In this document: positions 39,289 through 51,420 of the stretch, one piece after another
Position numbering within the stretch: position 1 is the stretch's first letter
Layout: the number at the start of each line of letters is the position of its first letter
DNA from: Vitrella brassicaformis CCMP3155
Lineage: Eukaryota > Protista > Chromerida
Direction of reading: 5' to 3'
NCBI GenBank assembly: GCA_001179505.1
Contig: CDMY01000517.1
Coordinates: 1-60,537 of the forward strand
DNA: 60,537 bases
Translations under genes and position numbers: made by a program
Notes under the pieces: generated by a model
What the model saw: the letters and a program-made list of their open reading frames with translations, nothing else
What the model was told of the DNA's origin: nothing
Databases searched by the model: none

Positions 39289-41492
39289 CTTCAGGGATTG
39301 CAAACTACATCAAATGATCCGCCATGTGTTTCTCCAGTGCTGGTTGTGTGTGATTGTGAAGCCCTCGATGCGGACGCTCAAGGCACCGATGTTGGTACCC
39401 ACAGGGATGGAGGCGCGTATTGAATCCTGCTGCTGAACATCAGGTTCGCAGCAGACCATCAGCTTCAAAGACTGGAGGCCCCTGAGGTGCGGTATATGAT
39501 CGATCAGCGATAAGAGGCGGTCGCGGACGACGCTGCCGGCATCCTCCACATCAGGAGGCACTGAAGGTGAACACACACAAGGCAGCAATGAGGACGGACG
39601 GACACAGTTCCCTCTCCTCTCGGCGTACGTGTCATGGTGAATTCTAGTGTCCTGATCGTCGGCAATCTGCCGGCCGCCCCCATCAGCAGTTGCTCTAGTT
39701 GGTCGACACCGATGTCCCCAACCACCACCTCACCCACCCCCGTCTCCCTCCCCAGCGCCGCCAACACGCCCACCTTCTCATCACCGGACATCTCGCTGAT
39801 GTCCACCCTTTCCACCTCCTTGGCCATCTTTCCGGCCAGCAGCCGGGCAGCAGCACCACCCAGCTTGCTCTGGATATACAACCGTGTGAACTTTGGCAGG
39901 GGCTGCAGGTGTGTGATGATGGCGGGGTGGGGCGACAGGGTGTTGGCCGGGGGCTGGAAGCCACGGGTATTGATGACGAACGCTAGCGTGGCCTTGTCGA
40001 ATGAGAGGCTGGATGCGATGTCGATGGCCGATTGGCTGGGGTTGGTGTGCGGGTCGGTGAGGCCGTCCTGAGTGAAGATGTAGTTCACTTCCAAGGCTTT
40101 TCGTGCAAATTGCTGCATCATGGCCTTGAATGAGGGTGAGGGGTGGGTGGGGAAGGCATTGTCGTAGAAGATGGAGAGGTCGAACACCAGAAAGCCGCCG
40201 GTAGTGGTGAGTTGAGCGTCCGGTCGGCAGCACATGGTGACCAGTCGGTTGAGGGTGAGCAGCACGGGCAAGGTGTAGGGGCTGATAGAGACCCAGCCGG
40301 GATGGAACCGCACGTGCAATGGGGCGAGCGACTGTCGGCAGCCACGCGCCACGAGCACTTCCTGCAAACAAGAATACACACAGATACAGGAAGGACATCA
40401 TGAGCAAACCCACCCCCTCTGCTGTCCTGTGCGTCCTTTGTGATCACCTGAAGCAAATCGATTTCCGCTGGGCTGTTATGAATATCGACCTCGATAGTGC
40501 CGATGCTCTCCAGCTGTGCGAGTGGCCCCCCCTGCTGCCCAGCAGGTGGAGCGGGGATGGCATCGAACACAGCCGCCCACACCTCACCCTAAAAGCTACC
40601 GTCCACACGCCGCAGGGAGTGGGACGAGCTGATGAACCGGCCCAGTCTGTAGGCGTCCCAACCCTCCTGCCGCACGACGGCGAGTGAAGGCATCAGCCAG
40701 TCGCGGTCGGCCAGCCCCTGATGCTCGCGGAGCAGACCGGCAATGGTGGTGAGTGCGTGGAGCGTCGGGGGCGGCTCGAGAGGCGCGGGGAGGGGCGGAT
40801 CAGTCCGTGCGACGGTCTGCCTCGCCGTACCGGTCAGCCGAGCCCCCTCTTGGATGGTGATGCTGTGCAGGGTCCCGCCGTCCATGTTGGCTGCCACCCG
40901 GCCGGCGACGTGGCCATCGATGGCGGCCACGAAGACGTCGAAACACCAGCGGGGGAAGCCGTCAGGGTACCGGAGGACGACACACGTCAGCTGTCTCAGG
41001 TACGTGGCCCATTCCCTGACGAGGTCGGTTGTCGTTGTCGCCGCCTGCCAAAACAACCGCTCCTCTCCCGTGCCTCAGCTGATGGTGAGGTGGTGCTGTT
41101 TGCGGACCGCGTGTTGCCGTATGAGGGGCGGCAACTGCAGCTGCATGAGCAGATGGATTGGGAGGAAGGCCATGGGGATGCTCATGAGACCGGGCTGCAC
41201 ACATCACACAGCACACGGGACAGCAGGAGATATCCATCAGAGTATAAATGCCTTTGTGCGTGTGCTGGCTCACAGGTGCATTCTCCCAGAAGAGTCTTTC
41301 CCTCTCTGCCCGTCGCTGCCGCTCCTCATCGCTCTCAACACCACTACCGCCGTCACCAGGACGAGACCTCTTGACCTGCACCCACGCCCCCAACACACAC
41401 ACACAGAGCAAACACCCGTCTGGTGAAATGTGCCATCCATCGCAGGCGGTGATGTGCCTCACCTGTCTATCTCTCTCCTCCATTGCTGCCAT
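39289..41492 (-). pseudogene. Family A, copy 3, with an in-frame TGA and a probable last-exon frameshift
   Basis: LTIS*GTGEERLFW (TGA at 41075-41077) versus LTISAADENERSFW in the 12613 copy; stop at 39310 precedes the homologous TGAAG|GT position at ~39289. Confidence 0.75.
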
Positions 41493-42284
41493 GAACTCTA
41501 GGGCCTTCTCTGAGGCCGCTAACTGGCCGATGCTCACGGCTCTATGACGTCCCTCCCTGACACACGAACACGCACAGCACAATGTCATGAGGGCGGCACC
41601 GATGGCGAATTCTCCTTCTCCTGCCCTGGCGTACCTCAGGACGGACAGACGCGAGGATACTTGACAGTCAACTGTCAGATCCGATGTGAGTGAAGAGAAT
41701 ATCATATCCGTCACTGAGCCACACACACGGCCATGAAAACGTAAACTGTAGCTACACTGTAAACGTGCATCTACACTGTAAATGTAAACGTAGCGATTCA
41801 TAGCCAATCGTCTTTGAGGCGCAGAGGGCACAGCCAGGCCTGGTCTGTTGCTTTCGTCCGGTCAGTAGCTAGCCTAGGGCTGGATGCAGTGCTGCTGTGA
41901 GCTTCATACTCAGACAGTTCATTCTGCATGGCTTCAAGGCAATTCCTCTCTCCATTCGCAATGCCTGTAAGTGTTGTGTTTGCGTGAGTATGTGTGGGAC
42001 GGCTTAGCGTGCTGCCCTAGGGCGGTTAGGACGGGTGCGTCTCGGTGTTCGTGGACAGACAGATTCATGACTTGGCTGAACGAATCTCATCTCTGGCTGC
42101 TCGCTGTAATCATTCAACACAACCACTCAACTCAGGCAGGCACCCACTGAAGTCCGCGATACAGGCACACCACACACATCTCCATCCCCACGTCACGAGG
42201 TGCCACAACCACCATACACTTCTCGGCGATCAGCATGGGCGGCACGACCAGGCAAATGTCGCTCATGGCAGTAGGCCGACCGCC

Positions 42285-43741
42285 TCATTCTCTAGTCCAA
42301 GTGACCTCAAGAGCTGCCCGCACGGCGGCCACCGTGACAGGGAATCGCTCACCGACCGTCACCCCATCCGCCGCCACCACCTCGCTCGTCCTGACTTTGA
42401 TTTGCCCTTCATAGAGAGACACTGACGCCACGACAGAGCCGCCACCCAGTAACAGCACCACGACCCGCATTGGTACGTGAAGAGCTGGTGGTCGGTCTAC
42501 ATACCGCAATTCCACTCGCAAATCGATGACGAACATGTCAGATCTGCCGCTGAGGTCATTCCGCCGCAGGGCACGATAGCAAGCATGACGCATCCCCACT
42601 TTCACATCGAGGACGACATTAATGCGGCCCCCATAACTCAGCCGCTGCAGCAACGTGTCGAGGGCAAACTCGCTGAAGGAGCGGTAGATATGGTAGTCGG
42701 CCGACGACAAGTCACCACAGCTGACGGGCGGGTCAGTGTGTCGACAAGTGCGACAAATGAATGGATTCAAGCGCCACACCTCGTCTCGCTCGATGACGCG
42801 GAACCGCCTCTCTCCGAGACGATACCACTGCACCTCCCGGCTCCTGTGGTGGAGGAACCATGCCATTCGCAATCCGATCGTGACGGCAAAAGAAAGGATG
42901 AGCCCGGCAACCAAGATGCTAAGCACCAAGCCAGCGATCCGGCACAATAAGGGCCAGCCCGAGAGCGGGCACTGCAGCCGCTATCGTAGGAACCCAACGT
43001 GCCGGCCACAAGAAGCCAAGCCCACCCCAGCAGATAGAATAAGTAAGCGGCTGCAGTCAGGAGACGCACCAGCGGACGGGTCGGCAAGGTCGCGACAAAG
43101 GCCACCCCTCTGTCGTCCTCGGTGAGGTGAGCGCCGCCGCCGCCGTAGACATGGCCAAATATCTTGTTAGCGGCCATAGCAGCGGGCAGCCGATGGAAGC
43201 TGGCCTTGTCGGGAAGGTGAGCCGCCACTCTCTCAGCCGAGAGTACGATGAGGGGCGGTCGGCGACTCACACCGCAGACACCTGCCACCCTGATAAACGC
43301 GGCCATAGAGCGCCACTCAGCCGCCTGCTCGATGACATAGGCACAGCGAGCGAGATACCCGAATCGCGAGAGGGATGGTGGGAGTGGAGGGGCTGAGCCA
43401 TCCACGCCGCGGTGCCTCTCCACATCAATGAGGCCGGTGAGCTGCTGATTGGCCAGGGAGCTGCTGATTTGGTCCAGTAGAAACTCCTCATCTATCAGTT
43501 GAGTGCCGTAAGCCTTGCCGACCGCCCGGAGCCGCACGGCATCGCTAACGGGCAGAAAGGGGATGACCGCACGGGCAAAGACGTCAGCAGGGAGCCCTTG
43601 ATCACCGTCAGCAAGGGCGATCCATAGAGGCTGAAGGAGGTAATCATCATCATCATTCTCACAGGAGACTGACAGCAGCTGACGGCTGTGAACCACTCGC
43701 CGATAGAAGCAGCGCCATGTCCATCGGAGCAGCCGACTCAT
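42285..43741 (-). pseudogene. Intronless family-B-related F-box-like gene with an inserted multi-TM segment, split by a frameshift
   Basis: LPADVFARAVIPFLPVSDAVRLRAVGK (F-box-like); the core aligns with the 36173 protein; ORFs 42767-43771 and 42285-42947 are in different frames and switch at ~42950-42990. Confidence 0.6.
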
Positions 43742-44064
43742 CTCTGTTGGTCCTGTGTGGCTCGGCGGCAAACCAGCAGCGACAGAGACTCAGACGATTG
43801 AAAGATCAGATATGTGGCCGCATAGAAGAGCAGTTTACATAGCAGAGAAGCGCCCCCCCTAACCGGTTTGGGTTGGGAGCGTTTCTTCAGGGAGAGAGCG
43901 GTTTCACGCAATTTCCTAAAGGTGCGAGCGAGCTTCGCAAGTTTCATCTTTGGCTTTCTTGCCAGTCAGACAGGTGCAGACGATGACTTGCTGTACGAAC
44001 AGCATGTATTGGATCAATGGGCGCTCGACGTCGAGCTCTCTGGGTGGCCTCTGTGCATCGGGCG

Positions 44065-44872
44065 GCATCAAGATCACTGACCACGTTTTCGTCTTCAAAC
44101 ACGTATGTATGCGATGTGACATCCTATCCACAGCACAGAGGGCGGGAGAGTGGCGCTCTCATCTCCTGGTCTCATCTTTCACTCGGATGTGTGTCGCTCG
44201 CTGGGCTGGTTGTGTGCAGGCACCGACTGAGTGGGTGCGTCGTGGCCTCGTCAACAATGCCAAGCCGTGTGTGTTTGGGCCGGGGGGGTCCGTCCTTACG
44301 GTCCACGCAGACCGCACAGAGCACCCCCAGGCCATCTACATGCACGCCCCGCCAGGCCGCAGGCCGCAGGGTCAACCTCACTGACGGCAGGTCAGTGAGA
44401 GGTCGGCAAGCCGCGTGAGGCGTGATTTTATCAATGCTCTCATGCCGGTCCTTCAGGAAAGTGACAGCGCTCTCGTATGAGCTTCGCTCGTACATCGCCG
44501 CCAAGGACACCGAAGCGCACAAGCCCCTCCACCCGGCAGACACCAAGAAGCCCTCCCCTCAGCTCGCCCAGCTGCCCACGGCGAGCACACGAGACTGGCG
44601 CGGCGCCTCGCAAGAGGACATCCAAGAGCCAAGCCAAGAGGGGATCAACCGATGGTTTGTCGAGGAGTATCTGCCGGCACAAGAGGCGAAGGAGGCCGAG
44701 GAGGATGACAAGCGGTGGGCGGAGGTTGAGGAGAAGAAGGCCAAGCAGCCCTACGACCACTCGCAGTGGGCACACTTTGACGAGGAGTGGGCGAGGGTGA
44801 ACAACAGGCAGCTGTGGCGGCAGTGTTCAAGGAGTGGGAGGCCGCCAACCCCAAGATGGCCCCCTTGGTGCG
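44065..44872 (+). pseudogene. Partial duplicate of the gene at 55590-56999, with a +2 frameshift and a 33-nt deletion
   Basis: Near-identical to ~56102-56938 including introns; CAGTGTTCAAG versus CAGTTCAAG at ~44823; lacks EPLAGDAPPSA. Confidence 0.75.
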
Positions 44873-45661
44873 GAAGAAGTGGAAGGGCACACCCACCATT
44901 CGACTGTGAGGGGCGGCATAAGGGAGGGAGGGGGGAGAGGGAGGGAGGGTAGTTGGGCTATGGGCTACGCTGCATGTGTGTAAGAACAGCCATGCGGATT
45001 GTGTGCTGTACCAGGAAGGGAGACAGGCACCTAAGTCTTGCGCTGTGTGGTGGGAACACAACAGCTGCTCTCTCTTTGTTTTGTCGATCCGCGGGCTGCG
45101 TGGGTGGACGGCTGCTTTGGCTAGGCTTGACTAATGGTGCCTGCCTGCCTGGATGCCAGCCTCCCAGTCAGTCCGTCAATCTGTCTCTCTGGACGGTGCT
45201 TGCCGTGGGATGCAAGTGTTGCCTGATGGCTGCCTTTGACGGCCTGTCGGTGAACTCTTGATGCTCACTGTCATGCGGGGAGGGGTGAGACTTTTACTCG
45301 ACCGCAGGGAAGGCTGACATGAGGGAACACACGACTAGCCAGAGAACAGACAAAGGAATCGGACGACTTAGTGGCTCATACTCACATGACATCCCCTTGA
45401 CTCATGACTCACTCAGTGTATGTTGATGACCAGATAAAGTTCAAGAATCTCTCACACTGATTATCGCGTCAGTCACATCAGTCAGATCTGTCTGTCCCCC
45501 CACCTCTCTCTCGCCCCTGTACACCCGCCATACATACGCACATAAGCCCCCCCCCCCACCCACCGCCTTGAGCAGTGGTCCACCGATCTCTCAAGTTGCT
45601 AATGAAAGTCGCTCGCTGCCTCCCAGTCTGACTCGTCCACCCATGCCATCCAGGTGTCTGC

Positions 45662-46850
45662 TCATTTGTCGAATATGCCCTTGACGTATTCCTTGCCCTT
45701 TTCCCTCCACCCCTTCGTCTGCCACAGACGGTCAATCTCCTCTTCGGCACCATACAGACTCACCTCAACCGCACCACCCTCCTCTGCAGCCATTCACACA
45801 GAAACACATGGGCAGTGAGTGGTGTCTCTGTCTGTCCGTCTGTGTGCCGGGTGGGTGGGTGGGGGGAGATGGCTTCTTTGTCCTCACCTTTAGACGGCTG
45901 CAGCTGCACACGCACCGCCTCTTCCCTCTCGGCGTTGTCAGTGTAGTACTTACCTGAGCACATCGCCACACCACACACTCACACAGTCGACAGGATGCAA
46001 ATCAATCTGCCTTCGCTGCTGACCGGCGAGTGGGCTTGCGAGCGTTGCGAGGAACCACAAATTGCCGAGTCCCTTGCCCTTGCCCAGTGCGCTCTCCTCT
46101 GCCACAATGAGCACCAGTGCCAGTGTGGCCAGCGAGAGGAAGGTCATGGCCGTGAGGAAAAGGGCCTGACCCCTGTCGGGCCGGTACAAACCTGCATAGG
46201 CACATACATAAATCATGTGTGGCGCAGATACGACGAGTGAAGAGCAGCAGGGCAGATGTCTGTGTGTGTGTGTGTGTGCTCCAGGCCTGTAGACCTCTGA
46301 AGATGATGTATTCTTCTGAGGGCTCTGGGCGGTAGTTGAGGTCAAGGAAGTGCCGATAGACCTGGTTAGCCGTGTCGTCCATCGTCGACGGCGCAAGGTA
46401 GATCTGCACACAACCAACCACAAGACCGACCAACTCGTGCAGCAGACGCCAGCCAACAACCACCCCAGCGCCGCCCTGCCCGCTCACCTTGCTGACCATC
46501 TTTGACTTTGTCGAGCGCTTGATGAGCGACCACAGGCCAGGGAAAGACAGCACATAGAGGAACAGCGTGGCGAAGTAGCTGGCCTTCGAGTAGCCGCTGC
46601 CCTCCTGTGTCAGCGCCGATGTCTGCGCCTCGGCTATGCTCGACCACAGCAGGGGCGCGATGGACAGCACCGACGAGCCGATGCTGCCGGCGGGATCTGC
46701 CGCAACAGGGAAGGGGAAGAACTCATGGGTTGGATGTGCCGACCTCGGTGTTGTTGGCTTTGGCGGCCTCGGTCGGACTGTGAGTCTCGGAGGTGAGAAC
46801 GCAAGCGCAGGAGTGCAGACGAGCAGGCAGGCAACACTGAGAAGCTTCAT
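45662..46850 (-). CDS. CCB1: CCB1, cofactor assembly of complex C (cytochrome b6f heme ci attachment), plastid-targeted
   Basis: YSKASYFATLFLYVLSFPGLWSLIKRSTKSK, RGQALFLT, GNLWFLATLASPLAG-KYY, EKGKEYVKGIF match plant CCB1; leader MKLLSVACLLVCTPALA-FSPP. Confidence 0.88.
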
Positions 46851-46875
46851 TTTGCAGGAGAGATCTGTGTGTTGA

Positions 46876-46883
46876 AGCTCGCA
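46876..46883 (+). promoter_or_regulatory. AGCTCGCA motif in the CCB1/ATP10 divergent spacer
   Basis: Exact match in a 152-bp spacer. Confidence 0.55.
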
Positions 46884-47002
46884 GGCGGGGTCGACCGAGA
46901 AGGGCATCGGCTTCCAGCATTCCACTGCCGCTGCCAACACGTGGAGGAGCTCACGTTGGCTCAGTGACAGTGGATCTCACAAAGATCTTGCCTGCCTGTT
47001 GA

Positions 47003-47937
47003 ATGGCGAACCTCCACTTCGGGCGCTCCGGTGGGAAACCAGATGCACGACAGCTGAGCTGGCAACTTTCCAACGCACTGAACACGTCCTGTCCTGCATG
47101 TGCAGTTCCTATTATCTTCCACACATTTCCCAAGGTCGGTGCCCGCAACCTCTATGGCGAGAGGATTCGCATCCCCGAGGAGCTGCGCGGGTCCCTCAAC
47201 ATGCTGCTGATCTCCTTCAAGCCGTGGCAGCTGGAGCAGGTCGACGGCTGGCGCACCTCCTGCGAGATGGTGGGAGACCGGCTGAGCGTCAAACACAGGC
47301 GCAGCGACGTCTATGAGTTCTATCAGGTCAGCACGGCAGCAGCCCTGGGTGTGTGTGTGGATCTCCTCTGCTGTGTGTGGACCTGGGTGTGTTGCTTGTG
47401 GTCAGGTGTTGGTGTTCCAGCGGTGGAAGTGGCCTTTCCAGTGGTTTTTGCACTGGCGGTATCGCAGGAAGATACCTCAAGAGTGGCACAGGAGGACTCT
47501 CGTCATATACACCTCGGTCCGTGGGCGGGCAGCCAACCACGCACACTCACACTCACACACCAAAGAGAGAGAAACTGTGCACCCACCCATTGCCGCCGTC
47601 CCTCTGTGTGTCTGCTCTGCAGGTGCGGTCTTTCGTCAACTCGATGAATCTGCCCGACCCGATGCGCAACTATGCCCTGCTGATCGACCCCTCAGGGCAG
47701 ATCGAGTGGGGCGAGCACGAGGAGGTCTCCACCGAGAAACTGGACTACCTGTGCGACCTGCTGTCGATTGAGAGGGAGGAGCCGGCACCAGAAGTGGACG
47801 ACGAAAGCACAATTGAGGGCTCAGAGGAGAGGACGATCGGCGAAGCCCCGCTGTCACTCGATGAGGGCACTGTCAGTGGAGGCGAGGGGCAAGGACAAGG
47901 GCAGGGAGCCCCTGCAGAGGCAAAAGGGAGAGCGTGA
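47003..47937 (+). CDS. ATP10: ATP10-family (thioredoxin-like fold) protein, 3 exons
   Basis: FPKVGARNLYG..IPEELRG...LLISFKPWQLEQVDGW, RRKIPQEWH, YALLIDPSGQIEWG fit the ATP10 family pattern. Confidence 0.7.
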
Positions 47938-48501
47938 TGATGACGTGCTTGCTCAGGAGACATGAAGTTACATGAAGTGTGCAAAGTGAGGCTTTTTCCC
48001 GTTGGCAGTAGCTAACATCGACATCAAGACACTGTTGTGGTTGTGGCGCACGCATGTCATTTCTGGTGTGTGTATGCTATGCTACAAGGAAGGGTGTGAA
48101 TTGACTCCTCGTCAAGGCTGTGTCTACTCATGTTTCACCGATTTGCTTAGTTACCAGTCCATCCATCCATCCATCCAAGCTCTTCCTCTGACTACTGCAC
48201 AGAACTCACAACACAACGACCCACACCTCTGATGTGGTGTTTTCGTAAGCTACGTGTGCGGCTTGGCGACGGTCGGGTCATATGCACATCGCCGAGGCAG
48301 GTATGGTAAGCGACGTACCTACCCCTTCTCGCTTGGTTGGTTGGTTGGTTAGTTCGCGCGTCTCTGCTGCACATGGTGAGCGTTGATCGACGTATTTGTC
48401 TGCCTCATTTCATGTCGGATCAGCAGAATCCGACTGTTATTGCGCTACGCGTGAAAGTCTTTTCCCCCCCTCATGCAGTACTATCCGGGCGGCTGTTGCC
48501 T

Positions 48502-49153
48502 CTATTGGTCGTAAATCTGCAACTTGCAGACTTGCTTCCCGAGTTGCGCCTTGACCCTACACCTGTAGCCCTTGTTGCCCCATTCAGTGACCGTCCTCGA
48601 CGTGCTCGCCGGACTCCAGTATCCCTCCCGTACATCTGTGTGCTTTGTACGGGTGACCCATCCCTTGTACGTGCCGCAGCCGTGAAATGGCCAGCTGTCC
48701 ATGCAGGCACGGGCACATTAACAGAGACACCAGACACATGACTGACACGCGGATGGATAATCTTGCTTATGTGTGTTGTGTGTGTTGGATGGACCACTCG
48801 TCTCCGTGGTCGCCGGCTTTCTGCACACACATGGTGGATGAGACATGATCGAAGGAAACACATGGATACACGAAAGTGCGCATGTCGACCGTGCGTACCT
48901 TGCATCTTCCCTGGGGGTGCGCCACCTTCTCATCCGTCTCGTAGTCCCAAAGCTGCTTGTAGCACTTGAGCCTCTCTCCGCAGTCCTTGCTTTCTTTGCA
49001 CACCGCCCCAGCTGCACTCTTGGAGTGGACACGGACAATCTTATCCTTAGCCACCACCGCCTTGGAGTGGATGTCCATGCGCGAGGCGCCACAGAGCCCC
49101 ACGATCACGGCGACGGCCAGGGTGGTGAGCAGCACGGCCTTCGGAACAGCCAT
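48502..49153 (-). CDS. Small secreted 8-Cys protein (3 predicted exons)
   Basis: Signal peptide MAVPKAVLLTTLAVAVIVGLCGA; splicing 48794-48695 creates TG|C (Cys) and joins the 48502-48694 exon in frame. Confidence 0.6.
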
Positions 49154-49469
49154 CTGACCGGACGAGACAGCCCATAGCAGTGGCATAATGGACGGCAAAG
49201 CCCTTCGAGAAGTTTGAGAGCTCTTGTTTCTGCATTTTTGGTACCATCGCTGAAAAAGGCAGCTTTTGAAGGTCAATCCGAGGGGAAGGCAACTCAGGCC
49301 ACGCAACTGTTACGCTCGCTCTAGAATAGGAATGAATGAATGAGGGTGGGGGCCCAGGGGGCGTCTCGACCTGCAGAGAGAGCGGTTTCACGGAGAATAT
49401 GAGGCAGAGGAAGCACGGATGAATGAGGGAAGTGCTGTTCGTTGCTGACTTCCCATCCAGGCCTTTCTG

Positions 49470-51420
49470 ATGGCGCCTTGTGACTTCAGCCCTTCCATAG
49501 TGTATCCAGTTGTCGTTTCGCCACCCATCCAGGCCGACTTCGCCGACGAGAGCTTCTATAACGCACAGGTACATTCGTGAAGGCAACGAGAGTACAGAAT
49601 GGCTTCAATTATCATCTGTTTTGTCTTCTCATCAGGAGACCCCTCCTCCCAACGTCCGAGCTGGGAGCGTGTTCGGTGCTTCGGATGTATCTCACTGGCT
49701 TGACTTGGTCAATGGCTGGTCTGTAGAGGACTGCTTAGGCGATGACGAGGGAGCCGACACCGATAAGGAGAAGGTGAGAGGGAGGAAGGAGGAAAGGCTC
49801 TAGCGTTGTGCGCACACAGACATGCCGGCCCCGATCCCTGTGTGGTTGGTTGGTGTGTGCTCAGTGTGAGTCGGTGAAGCGGTTCATTTCCTCCGTCGTG
49901 TCCGAGCTGACCTCTCTGCCCCTCGTGCGCATCCGCAGCCTCTACCCATCGATGCACTCCCGACTCTGCTCCGCACCCTCCCCGCCAGACCGGCTGATTC
50001 ACCTGCACATTCTGCATCACGTCATCGCCCACGCTCACTCCCAGCCCCTCCCCTTCCGCCCCCTGCAGCTGATGCGTTTGGTCCGGCTCCGCAAGTTCAT
50101 TCTCAACACGCGCGACTTCGACCAGCTTGTGAAGGAGTATGCGGCCCTCGACTCGCCACCAGAGGTGCTGGAGCGGGTGATAGAGGCGGGCATACATCTG
50201 AACCACATAGCGAGGGTGCACGGAAGTGCCAAACGGGCCGCTGAGTGTGTCCATGAGGGGGACACCGTGTACTTGCTGAGTACGGGGAAGCCGCTGGCTA
50301 ATCGGGTGGAGCCGGCTCTGCTGGAGCACATGGGAATGAGTGAGGGGACGGCGGACAGGTATGGGCTGATGAGGTGGAGAGAGCAAGAGGGGCAGCAGGG
50401 CGCCACGGGGAATGAGACGCCGGAGCGTCCTCCGTACGATGGCGTGGCTGGGCAGGAGATATTCTTCAACACGCACTCAGGTCAGTCAGCTGGGGAGAAA
50501 ACGACGTGATGAGATGAAGCCGTCCGTCCGATGATCGCTGGTTTCTGTTTGTCTCTCTGTCAGGTCCGATGTCGACGATTCTCCATTTCATCGGCTGCCC
50601 CGAAGCCTGCAAGTTCTTCCTGGTCAACCGCATCTGGTCACCCACACTCCTGCGCCGCGTCCTGGACTCCAGGAGGGCCACCGGCCGAGGCGCCCCCGCC
50701 CCCTCCCATGGCCACCCCTTCTGCCGCCTCTACGAGCGGCTCCCCAGCCCCACGATCACCTGCTTAGGCCACCGACACGACGCACTGCGCGCGAGGGACG
50801 ACCTGGTGCCCACACAGGAGGAAGAGCAGCGGCTGTATGACCGGCACAAGGCGGCCATCCGGCGCCGCTATGACCACAGCAGCTGGGGTGGCTGCTCGCC
50901 CTACCAGGGCCCCAGCTGCTGCCAGTGGGGGCCCTACCACCATCTGGACCTGTGTGTGGTCATGGCCGAGGAGCGTGCGACCCGCGAGGCGTTCAGGGAT
51001 GGGGTGAGGGAGGCGCAGGAGAAGCACGCCATCTTCGATGTGTGGCAGGACGACCTCCAGAGGTGCCTTCTCGAGGCGAGAGAGCGGTACCTGGCCGCCA
51101 AGCGAGGCGCCACACCGGATGACGCCACCTACATCGCTCTCGGCTGCCCGACGTGTCCCAGCTGGACAAACGCCCTGCAGACCAGCACGAGAAGAGTCGA
51201 CAGTGCGGATGTGCGGGCGATTGTCAACGGCGAGGCGGCGGAGGGCCGCACGGTGGAGAGCGAGGGGCTGGATGCGAGCAATGAGCGGCTGAGGCTAACG
51301 GCCTTCTGGCCGCCATCTGCTGCTGCTGCTGTGGATACTGGCGAGGTGTGCGTGTGGTCGTATACACAGGGCACGAAGGTGGCGTGCTGGCCAAACGGAC
51401 GCACACACATGGCCGAGTGA
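49470..51420 (+). CDS. Hypothetical protein (4 predicted exons) with a possible internal F-box-like motif
   Basis: In-frame exons ending in ORF 50569-51420; GPMSTILHFIGCPEACKFFLVNRIW weakly resembles an F-box. Confidence 0.55.

Noticed and set aside
41075-41077. In-frame TGA as selenocysteine or programmed readthrough
   Set aside because: The paralog has Ala rather than Cys there, no SECIS is evident, and the copy has another lesion.
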